NCBI RefSeq assembly: GCF_009914755.1 | Contig: NC_060937.1 | Source: the human T2T-CHM13v2.0 reference genome, Homo sapiens | DNA: 64,000 nucleotides | Strand: one strand, 5' to 3' | Shown: positions 45,406 to 64,000 of the stretch, in pieces | Layout of the letters: every line of letters begins with the position of its first letter | Position numbering within the stretch: the first letter of the stretch is position 1 | The notes under the pieces: generated by a model | Databases searched by the model: none | The model's input: the letters and a program-made list of their open reading frames with translations, nothing else | What the model was told of the DNA's origin: nothing | Program-made: the position numbers and the translations under genes

Positions 45406-46878
45406 GAAAGATATCAGTGTTATTTATAGTAATATAAAAATTTAATGTAATTTTTATCAAAATCCCAATGGTATATTTTTGCAGATTTTTCAAATTATAT
45501 ATATGATTTCTAAATTATTGTTATGGAATTCTTGCAAGTTAATCCATCTCACCATTACATAATAACAATCTGTCTCTTTTTAAAATTTTTAACTTAAAAT
45601 ATATTTTGTTTAATATAATTATGACCATGCCCCTCCAATTGTAGCTACTCTTTGCATAAAATATATTTTCTTCATACTGCTACTTTCAACTTATTTGAGT
45701 CCTTAGAGCTAAAGTGACTCTTGTAGAGAGTACATTGCTGGATGTTCTTTGTTCTTAATCCATTAAATCATTTTATGCATTTTCTTTAAGGTATTTAACT
45801 TTTTGTATTTGAAGTAATTACTGTAGTTAATGAAGTTACTATTATTATTTGTAATTGTCTTCTGTGTTTCTTGTAGATGAGTTATTTATCATATTTTCTC
45901 TTACTGCTTTATTTTTCTTCATTGATTTTGTAGTGACATGATTCAATTTCTTTCTCATTTGCTTCTGCATACCATCTACAGGTTTTTTTTGTAATCATCT
46001 TGAGAAATAAAGACTTCATAAAACATCTTAAAGTTATGACAATATATAATGACTATATTTCAATGGAATGCAAAGCTTTACCTCTTTATACACCCACTTT
46101 GTTATTAATATCACTTGTTATCTTTTCTTATTGAGTATCTATGAACCCAAATTTATGCAGCTTTCTGCTTCATTTTTTAAATTCCACAGCAATAACGTGA
46201 AAGTTTTGTGCACCATCATTATGACAGTAGAGGTTTCTATAGCTGTTTATGTATTTACCTTTAATAGAGAGCTTTCTATTTTCATATGCTTTTATGACGC
46301 TGTGCAGCATATATTGTCATTTTTGGACGTGATAGACTTTCTTTTACATTTCCTTTAGCACTGTTCCAGTGGTTAGTAACACACTCAACTTTTATTTGTT
46401 TGGGAAATGCTTAACTTTTTTTTCTGAAGTGAAATTATTCCAGTTGAAGGTTTTTGTTTAGCATGATTTCTTCTTGTTTAATTACCTTGTCATCTAGGGA
46501 GTTCTCAGCTACTTTTTAAAAATATCCTCTTTATTATTTTTCTCCTATGCTGTTTTTCTAAGACTCCTTTTATAAATACAGTGGTCCACTTGGTGGTGTG
46601 CTGTAAGTCCCAATTTTCATTTTTCCTCTATTCTGTTTAAAAAATTTGTTTTCATGAATCAGTATTTATAAGTGCAATGTTATCAACTGTCTAATTTTTT
46701 CTGCTTTATTAAATCCGCTTTTGTGACTGCTGATTAAATTTTTAATATAGTTACTGTGTTCTTCAGAGTCACAATTTTTCTTGGTTTTTAAAAATCTTTT
46801 TATTGATATCTCGTTTTCTTCATGCATCACTTCTAATATTCTTTTGTTGTCTATGTTCTGTTTTTGTTCATTAAGCAC

Positions 46879-49643
<2,765 letters not shown>

Positions 49644-49683
49644 CCTGGGGTCGTGGTGAGATTCTCCCTTGGATGCCCCTGTT

Positions 49684-49744
49684 CTACAGTAAAGGAAATA
49701 TCTTTGGAATGTAAAAAGAGAGAAAATAATAGGCATCACCCCAA
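49684..49744 (+). pseudogene. Decayed KRAB-B box exon of a ZNF91-like KRAB zinc-finger gene
   Basis: Translates LQ*RKYLWNVKREKIIGITP against the typical LEQRKEPWNVKRHEMVAKPP with identical spacing. The downstream sequence (gatgagaggtgcaaag...aaaatgtgatgtgggaag) resembles the following intron of these genes. Confidence 0.5.
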
Positions 49745-50931
49745 TAGGCAAGAATGAACAAATAACAAAGATGAGAGGTGCAAAGACCAAGGAGGAAACT
49801 TTAAAAATGTGATGTGGGAAGTTCGCTTCAATGAAATTGGTTCTGGAAAATCCTAGATTTACTTCTTTTGCTGCCACAGATGGACATTTCCTACGCTATG
49901 CTTATTATGCTCCTAAATCTTCTAAGGCTCCTCCTGTCCCTCCACTAACATTCCAGGGCTTTCACAGTGACAGCCAAAGTTCGCCTCTTCTTTCTATTAT
50001 TCCCTTGAAGGCCTTGTGGTCTGAGTGCTTTTCCATTGTTTTGGGGGATCTGGGGAAATCTGCACATTTTGCGAGACTTCTATATTAAGCTATTTTGTAA
50101 AAATCTGTGCCTCATGTCAGAGGTTTGTGAGAGTAAAAGTGCAGGCATTGGGGTTTGGTTCACATATTTCAGAAACACCAAGGACAAATGTTTCTGCTTC
50201 ATAATTTTCAGTCCTATGATTTCAAATGTGATCCTGCAAAAAAATCGGAAAAACTTTTATCAGAGCCCAAAACACCTCAGCACATATGATATAGTGAAGC
50301 TTCTATTTCACTTTACTCTTTTTTTAATCTCTGGTAATGTAGGTCAAAAAGTTTTCTTTTCCTTGGTAGAAATTAACTTAAAAACGTGAACTCTCTATTC
50401 CAAGCACCTCACCTGTGGAATAGTTTATTGTATCTACTCACCTCAAAGAATTTTTAAAGACTTTAATGCCATAGAAAAACTTAGAAACCTGCCAAGAATA
50501 GAATAAATTCTTAATTGTTACATTATTTCTTATTGAGTTATTTTATTATTTAATCTTATATAAAGCTTAGTGGGACTGTGATCTGCACGTTTTCACTTTT
50601 TGATTTTTATGTATCCCAAATTAGCCTATAATTTTAGCTTCAGGGATTTCAGAATAGCATACTTGAATTTATGTGTTATATAAAAAGTGAATTACTTAGT
50701 ATGCACCTCACATTAATAAAATTTCAGTTTGTGTGTCTAAGTTTACTGCATAGAAAAACTTATCATTAGTGTTTCTATTAACTTTCCTCAACATTATCTG
50801 AATGATAGTATAATTTATTTCTCATTGCTTATTATGTAGTATTGTTTCATTGCATATTTTTCAATATTCATGTTGTTCCCATATTTAAAAATGTAAAGCT
50901 TTTCTTTACTTAAAAAAAAAAATAAATTATA

Positions 50932-51213
50932 GGCCAGTGCGGTGGCTCACGCTTGTAATCCCAGTACTTTAAGAGGCTGAGGTGGGTGGATCACAATGTC
51001 AGGGGTTCAAGACCAGCCTGGCCAACATGGTGAAACCCCGTCTCCACTAAAACCACAAAAAGAATGAGCAGGGCATGGGGGCGGGTGCCTATAATCCCAG
51101 CTACTCGGGAGGCTGGGGCAGAGAATTGCTTCAGCCTGGTAGGTGGAGGATGCAGTGAGCCGAGGTCTCGCCACTACACTCCAGCCTGGGTAACAGAGCG
51201 AGACTCTGTTCTC
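50932..51213 (+). mobile_element. AluS element lacking an A-tail
   Basis: ggccagtgcggtggctcacgcttgtaatcccag ... gagcgagactctgttctc. Confidence 0.9.
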
Positions 51214-51825
51214 TAATATCATTGAAATCTTCATTAAAATTTTCTTCTAAATGTTCTTTATAGAAGATTATAATGCATTTGTTGTGAAATTTTGTTACTC
51301 TAACCATATGCTAATAATTCAAAATCTGTTCTTTATGGGTGTCCAGTTATGGTTGATTATTTCAGTTATCTAGAAAGAGTCTTCTTCAGTTGCATGATTT
51401 GTTTATTCAGTATTTCACAGGTTAATGTTTATCCAATTTTGTTTTGTAATATTTTATATTCCTGTATTTTCCTGTTAGGATAGGCTGTCTTACATCATTT
51501 AATTGTGTTTTTAGTTTCTGCTTATATGTTATAATTTTTTATGACTATATTTAACTGTGTACACTTTAAAAGAGTGTAGAAAAAAAGTCAAATATGAATC
51601 AACCGTATGTGTATTGCCAACATAATTCTCTGTTCGTTTGACTGTATAAACATTACTCATGCTTTATTTATGACTTCTGTATTTATTTAATTAGTGGGTG
51701 GTCAATTATTTTTTTAATCCTCTCTGGGTGAGTAGTTGTGGAAATTGCCCTAATTTCCACATCTATGTATTAATGAATCTATATTACGTTTGCGTGAGGA
51801 AAACACCTCTGTGATGCGAGGGTAA

Positions 51826-52272
51826 TTTTTTTTTTTTTGACCACAGAAGTTTTTATTGCCCTCCTGCTCCGCAAAGGGACCTTGCTTCTGCTGGTTTAGC
51901 ACCTCAAGACGTCTGTGATGTTGGTCTCAGACACCACTTTGCCGTCCACTATCCTGTGGGTGTTGGTCTTTTGGATGCTTTACAGGTATTTGCTGCTGTC
52001 CAGAATACCACCAAGATTGAAGTCCTCCCCATCTTCTAGCAGGCGGCAGTAGGTGGCAATCTCTGTGAAATGGGACACAGAGATCCAGGAGCCCCAGACC
52101 CCACGCCTCATAGAAGCTCGCCGCGCTGCTGACCTGCTGAGCACTTTAGCTGGGCGACTGGACAGATCCCAGGGACAGGTAGTAGTTGATGGAGAAGGTG
52201 CGGAGCAAGTGGTGAAGCTCGCTGTGTACGGGGAGGAAAGCGAGAGGACAGGACTCAGGTTTTGCCGAGGTC
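51826..52272 (-). pseudogene. KRT18: Internally deleted processed pseudogene of KRT18
   Basis: Minus strand: KRT18 5'UTR (cctgagtcctgtcct) and head (SFTT..S..FS) fused at ~52063/52064 to the tail (EIATY.RLLEDGEDFNLG...IVDGKVVSETN), then AATAAA and polyA. Confidence 0.85.
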
Positions 52273-52279
52273 CTGAAGA

Positions 52280-53232
52280 TAATTATTGAAATGCATTAAA
52301 ACGGTATCTCACTTAGATATTATTATTGTTTACATTGTTATAAGAAACATATAAAATTGACAATTATTTACAATTTTACAATAATTTACAATGACAATAA
52401 TTATATAGTTTAGACTTTTCAGCACATTGACATTATTCGACGTATCTCTAGAACATTTTTATCTTACAAAACTAAAACTCAATACACCTGAAACAACTGC
52501 CTGTCTTCTCCTTTGTTCAGCCCTTTACAAATGCTATCTTATTCTCTGTTTCTAAGGATGTTACTACTTTAGATATTTTATACATGTGGATACACTCAGT
52601 ATCTGTCTTGTAGCTGGCTTATTTTATTTAGCATAATGTCATCAAGATTTTATTTTTATTATAGATAAAAGGTTTTCTGCTTTTCAAAAGCTGGGTAATA
52701 TTCTATTGTTTTTATATTCCAAATTGTACCCATTCATTTGTTTGTTGAGGGAAGTATGGATTGCTTTAACCTATTGATTTTTGTAAGTAAAGCTACAATA
52801 AATACGTGAGCGTTTACATCTTTTTTGCACTCGGTTTTATTAGTCTATTTGTCTGTCTTTATGCCAGTAACAAACTACTTAGATTACTGTAGATTTGTAA
52901 CAGGTTTTGAAAACAGGAACTGTAATGTTTCCAAAATTTTTCTCTTTTTGAAAACTGTAGAGTTCTTTGTGGTCTCCTGAAATTCCATATACTTTTGGGA
53001 GTCACATTTTCTGTATCTGTCAAAAATAAAATTAAGAATTTTATAGGGATTGTATTAAATCTGTAGGTCACTTTTGGCATTATAGACATGTTCAAAATAG
53101 TAAGTTTTCTAACTCTTGAACAAAAGCATGTTCAAGAGTAAATTGCTTAATTTTTACATATTTGTGAATTGTATGAATTTTCTTCTGTTATCGATTGCTA
53201 GTTTTAATCCTTTTTGGTCAGAAATTATAGTA
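52280..53232 (-). mobile_element. Old L1M fragment
   Basis: Antisense L1M 3' end; ORF 52859-53095 resembles L1 ORF2 (MSIMPKVTYRFNTIPIK). Confidence 0.65.
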
Positions 53233-53249
53233 TGTAACATTCAATTTTT

Positions 53250-58600
<5,351 letters not shown>

Positions 58601-58617
58601 TGTAACATTCAATTTTT

Positions 58618-59462
58618 CAAAAATTCTGTTCAGAATTGTTTTTTGGCTTCATAGTTATTTTTAGGAGAATGTTTCATGAGCTTTTGAGAAGATTGTGAGT
58701 TTTGTTTTTGTGTAGAGTGTTCTGTATGCATCTGTTATATCTAATTGCTTTACAGTATTTTCATGTCGTCTGTTTACTTTTTAATATTCTATCTGGCTTT
58801 TTTATTAATTACAGAACTGGTGTATTAAAATATTATACTTTTAATATATTGCCGTTTTTGCTTATGTTCTGTCAAGATATTATTGAGATATTTAAAAATA
58901 CTCATGTAAGGTGCATACATATTGGTGTGAATACATAATTAGATATATACACACAATTATGTAAATGTGTATAATTGTCATAGGTTTCCAGTGAATAAAC
59001 CCTTTTATTATTTTGTCCTTTGTTTTTCTGACAATTTGATTTCATAATATATTTTATAAACTAAGACAGTTATTTAAAAAGCATTTTGCATACTATAATT
59101 GTGACATAGTCTGTCCTCATTTGGTTATGATTTGCATAATTTTTTGGATGCATCTTGCCACATTTAGTCTGTTTTTGTTACTATAGAGTAAGATGGCTCA
59201 TATCTGTCATCCTAGCATTTTAGGAGATTGAGGTGGGAGGATCACGTGAAACCAGGAGTTTGAGACCAGCCTGGGAAACAAAGCAATACCAAGTCTCTAA
59301 AATAAATAAATAAATAAATTGAGTCCCTTTAGACAGATGTAGTTAGATTTTCTTTCTTTTTTTTTTTAATTCCTATACTCAATTTATGACTTTTGGTTGA
59401 GAAGTTTAGTTTGTGAGTAGTTACATAATTTCCTGCATTTGAAGGAATTACTTTTGACACTT
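58618..59462 (-). mobile_element. Old L1M fragments
   Basis: Degenerate antisense L1 ORF2 motifs continuing the element interrupted at 53233. Confidence 0.5.
59191..59318 (+). mobile_element. FLAM/Alu monomer with a (TAAA)n tail
   Basis: ggctcatatctgtcatcctagcatttt...gagtttgagaccagcctggg...aaataaataaataaa. Confidence 0.75.
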
Positions 59463-59981
59463 TGTGGAGTAAAATTTAAATATTAAATTTGAACTCAATT
59501 GAATCTGGACTCAAACAATGGTCACCAAGTCCTGGAACAGGTTGTGTGAGCCCCTTGAGGCTTTCATCCAGCGCTGTTTCGGATAAATCTCTATTTCAAT
59601 TTATTCCTATATGTTAGTTACTGAAAAACAACAGACAATCAAAAAAACAAGTTGACCTTTTTCTTTTCCTTGAGCCCAGAAATGAAGGGCCCTCCTGACT
59701 GGACGTCATGCCAGATAACTCATTACAAAAAGAGCTAGAGTTCCAGACTGTGCCAAAACTTCATGAGATCTCTTCTCATCTGTTCACGGACAAGTGGCCA
59801 ACTCTGGAGCCCAGTCTGTTGCTTCGCAGTCTGGTGGTGAATCCTCCATAGTCTGATGAGTGTAAATATATATATCTCTTTTCCCTTCTCTCCGTCCCAT
59901 TGCAACTTGCTTATTATATCATTTGCTTATTATATCTGCATTGCCATTTACGTGGGATACAGTTTGTTTACCCTTAAAGGT

Positions 59982-60026
<45 letters not shown>

Positions 60027-60059
60027 CCTTCTCTCCTTGAGCATTTCCTGCGCAGAACA
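59463..60059 (+). mobile_element. 5' LTR of a second class III ERV copy (LTR66-like, ~600 bp)
   Basis: TG...CA termini (tgtggag...cagaaca), internal (TG)n, followed by a PBS; homologous to 32316-32805. Confidence 0.8.
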
Positions 60060-60063
60060 TTTT

Positions 60064-60081
60064 TGGCTTCACGAACAGGAT
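60064..60081 (+). promoter_or_regulatory. Retroviral primer-binding site, tRNA-Ser(CGA)-type
   Basis: tggcttcacgaacaggat just after the LTR; differs by 1 nt from TGGCGTCACGAACAGGAT, the complement of a human tRNA-Ser(CGA) 3' end as I recall it. Confidence 0.7.
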
Positions 60082-61783
60082 CCGAAAGCAAAAGCATGCC
60101 ATTTTTTGGTGCAGGGACCAGACTGGGAGCTCGGGGACTTTCCATATCTTCAGATGGGAACTCCCTTAGTTCTTCCCCTTGGCCATTCAGTGGTCCAAGG
60201 GAGCTGACGTTTGTGAAAATAGGCAATCTAAGTTAGTGCATTTTGAATCATTGGCTGTGTGTGAGGAGGTGCAGGGAATCCCAGTTGGTAAATGGGATGC
60301 TGAGAGAATTTCCCGGCATGGATGGTGCTTGCTTACTGCTTATAAGTTAATGTGTCAAGATAGGAATCAGCTGCTACAACAGAAATGTAAGCCAGAAAAG
60401 AAAATGCTAATCTGACTTCCAGGCTGGCCCTGGCCCATGGCCAGGCCTATGTCTTGACTGATCAGCCTCAAAGTTATCAGCCTATTGCTGAAAAAAGCAG
60501 CTGCCTGAGTGGCCCAGTCAGGGTAAAACTGAAGAACTAGTCAGCTGGGGCTTGGATCCGGTAAAAACCCAAATCCTATCTCAAGGATGGGAAGTTAACC
60601 CTAGTAAAATTCAAGGACCTCCACAAACTGTAAAGTTCCTTGGCATCCTATGGAATGCAGGGAAACAGTCCATTTTACCAAAGGCTAAGGCTAAAATACT
60701 AGAATTTGCAGCCCTACCACTGAAAAGGAGGTCCAAAATTGTATTGGTTTGTTTGGATTCTGGAGACATCATATTCCCCATTTGGGTAACATTTTACAAC
60801 CTCTGCATGCAGTCACTAGAAAACGCTATGACTTTCACTGAAGACAGAAAGTGAGCGTGGCTTTTCAACCAGCCAAACAAGCAGAGCAACAGTATGGCCC
60901 TTACAGGATGGGCCAGTAGAACTGCAAGTAACTGTCCTAGATCAACACGCTCATTGGAGCCTTAGGTAGAAACAAGATGGGAAGAGATACCTTTGGGGTT
61001 TTAGACCCAGAAGCTGTCAGAGGCTAGCAAAGCTTATACTCTTTGAGAAGCAGCTGTTGACCTGCTACTGGGCTTTACAGGAAACAGAACACCTTTGTCT
61101 TAATCATGATGTTTTTATGAGGCCCCAAATTCCTAATATGACTTGGGTCATGAACTCCCTCAAACCTCATTGGATAGGGTACACTCAAGAAAGTAAATGG
61201 AAATGGCACATACAAGACCAGGCTAAGCCGGAACCAAAACAGGTATCATTTTTAAATGAGGATGTGCAAAACTTGCCAGCTCAGCAAACCACTGAGCAAG
61301 TCCTGCAGATAAGGAAGGAAACCTCCCCTGCCCAATGGGGCAAATCCTTTAAAGAACCAAGCCCAGACGATCAGAGACATGCTTGGTTTGCTGATGATTC
61401 CACCAAATATATTGATGGGACCCGATGCTGGGAGGCCGTGGCTTATAATCCTGTTAAAAACATAAGCATTTCTGAGGAAGGGAGGGGTGTTAGCAGCCAG
61501 CTGGCTGAACTAGAATCTGTTCTCTGAACTATTCAGGAGGAGGCCAGAGGGATTTGTTACTTGTATACCTACTCTTGCTTAGCAGAAAATGGTCTTACTA
61601 CCTAGTTGCCCGAATGGCAATGAAACAAATGGTGAATTACGAATAAAGAGGTTTGGAGAAAACAATACTAGGAAGATATCTGAATCCTGGTGCACACTAC
61701 CATTATTGCTGTTTTCCAGATTGATGCTCGTGCATCTCTGCTTTCTCTTGACAGACTATTCCATCAGCAGGTAGATCAACAGG
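60082..61783 (+). mobile_element. Class III ERV internal region (gag stub, RT C-term, RNase H), 3'-truncated
   Basis: GWEVNPSKIQGPPQTVKFLGILWN; CYWALQETEHL; AWFADDS...SSQLAELE. Collinear with the reverse complement of ~34275-35900; homology stops at ...gatcaacagg 61783. Confidence 0.82.
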
Positions 61784-64000
61784 TGTGAGATTCGGAACCT
61801 TAACATTGGGCTGTGTTCATGTGAAAAGATGACAATTTTTGCTCTTGGCTCAGTGTACATATGAGTATCACAATCTCACCTTTGTTCTGGGCCCTAGCAG
61901 GACACTCTCTTCACCATATGAAGCCTTTATAGAGTATGCATGAGTGTAACAATTCTCTCTGAAACCTTAAGCAGGCACGGACCCCTCCTTGTACCTTTAG
62001 CTTTAAGCCCTGGTATGACAGTCAACATCTTTCTACTTGGATGGGTCCAAATAAGAGTTCTTAACTGCCTATGAGCTGCGTTTAAAAATGAGTCACCATC
62101 CCACCTGTGGCTGGATGTTCACATATGAAAGTCAGAATCCCAGTTGTGGACTATGTCTGCATGTGTAATTCAGGACCTCAAGAGTGGGCTCTCTCCACAT
62201 GTGATAGAGACCATCCTGAATATTGGTGTGGTGTGAATCTGAGAAGTATAATCTCACCAGTGTGCTGAGCCCTTTGGTGACAATTTCTCTACCATAGTTT
62301 ACACAATATGCAAGACAGTGGTACTCCTCCGTGTGACGTATCACTGGGTCTTGCACACAGGTAATGTGAGTCTCCTCTCCTGCCTTGGAATGCTCACAGG
62401 AGGCATTGGGACATACCACTGAACCTGATATTCAGGTTATGTGCCTGTCTTTCCTGTGCTCTGTCCATGGGCGTTTGTGACATATTTTTGGGTCCAAAAC
62501 ACAGGCAACATAGCTCTCCTGTCTGGATCCTGCCTAGAGAGGGCATGGTGGCGTATCCCTGCACCAGCCACCAGATGATGTAACTCTATCTTCTGTCTAG
62601 TCCCTGCTTACAGGGTGAATTTTGACTTATCGCTAGGCGCAGCATTTAGCTAATATGACTCTTCCCTTTTTTCAGGTTCTGCCCACGGGGAAGATTGTGA
62701 CATATCGATGGGTAAAACACCAAAATGATTTTACTCTTTTGTCTTTGTTCTGTCCTTAGAAGGCATTGGGACATATTGCTGAACCAGCACCAAGGTAATG
62801 TAAGGGTCCTACCTGAACCCTGCCCACAGGGAGCATAGTGACATATCTCTGAGCCCATGAACTATTTGATGTGGCTCTATTCTCTTACCTGGACTTTGCC
62901 CATGAGAAAGACTGTGACGTATTTCTTGGTCCAGTGCTTAGGTAATGTGATTCTCCTCTCCAGCCTGAGACATGCCCACAGAAGTAAGAGTGACATCTCT
63001 GGGCCTAGCCCACAGGTGATGTGACTCTTATCCCTTCTTTCTGCCCAGGGGAGTCATTGTGATGTATATCTGAGACCATTATAAGAATGATGTGACTCTC
63101 CTGTTCTTACTGCGACCTGTCCACAGTGGGGATGATGATGTATCACTTAGGCCAGCACATATGTGGTGAGATTCTTCTCATGCCTGTGCCCTGCCCCCTG
63201 GGCTAATTGTGACATATAACTGGACCCCTCCCCTAGGTTATGCAACATATCCCTGTGGTAACACTCTTTGTACCATTTAAGGGCTTTATATAATATAAGA
63301 GAGAGTGGTATTCCTCTAAGACCCTCATACAAAGAGAAGATTTAGGACCTACTGATTTTCCAAAGCCTCACTAGGAAAAACAGCATTTCTCTTAGTGGCA
63401 GGTTTGAGGTATGAGAGTCATTATTACACCTGTGAGCTGGCCAAGATATATGTTTCAATCTCTCCTGTGGGTAGGGAGTGAGCAGGAGAGTCGCAGGGAC
63501 CAGGTAGGAGAGTCACATACCTAAGGCTGGGCCAGGGATATGTAACAATCTTTTATGAGGTCGGAGGCTAGGAAGGGAGTCCCATCACTTGTGTGCTCAC
63601 CTGGGATATGTTACAATCCCCTCCTGAAATCAGAGTACAAGCAGCAGAGTCAAATCACCTGAATATTGAGCTCAGTGATATGTCACCACACTCCCTGTGG
63701 GTAAAGCCATGGCAGGAGAGACACATCACCTGATTACTGATTACTAGGCCCAGTGATATGTCAGAATTTTTCCTGTGGGCAAGGTGCAGGCAGAAAGGAG
63801 AGTCACATCATCTGGTGATGGAGGCAGAAATATGCTACAAGGCAGAAATATGCTCTGCCTCCCTGTGGGCAGAGTTCAGGCAGGAGCCCCCAATCTCCTA
63901 GGTGTTAAGTTCAGTGATATGTTACAATGCTCCCTGTGGGCAGCACAAGTCGAGAGAATAGAGCCACATCACCTACGTTCTAGGTCCAATGATATGTCCC
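61784..64000. repeat. Degenerate complex beta-satellite-like (BSR, 19p12 type) repeat, ~35/70-bp periodicity
   Basis: Alternating tgtgacatat / gtgatgtgactctc motifs up to ~63270, then their reverse complements (gagagtcacatcacct / gatatgtcac) to the window end. Confidence 0.6.

Overview
Human (or closely related great-ape) heterochromatic DNA of the kind found on acrocentric short arms and in pericentromeric segmental duplications; the exact chromosome cannot be determined from the sequence alone. Bases 1 to ~30,520 are a 48-bp CER-type satellite array, and all ORFs there are by-products of the 16-codon period. The rest is a nest of retroelements and retrocopies: a MER4-group LTR split by a rearranged class III ERV (LTR66/HERVL66-like), a full-length L1PA2/3-type element (ORF0 and ORF1 intact, ORF2 broken), processed pseudogenes of FAM104B/VCF2, CTBP2 and KRT18, a decayed KRAB-B exon, Alus, old L1M fragments, a ~220-bp gamma-satellite (GSATII-like) block inside a TSD-bounded L1, a second ERV copy with a tRNA-Ser PBS, and a 19p12-type complex beta-satellite block with an internal inversion. 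I see no intact cellular protein-coding gene and no evidence for a new enzymatic system. The most unusual observations are structural: a satellite array embedded in one L1, a provirus with two U5 ends, a 44-bp L1-tail insertion in the satellite, and hidden higher-order layering in CER. Family names come from my recall of consensus sequences, not from a database search.
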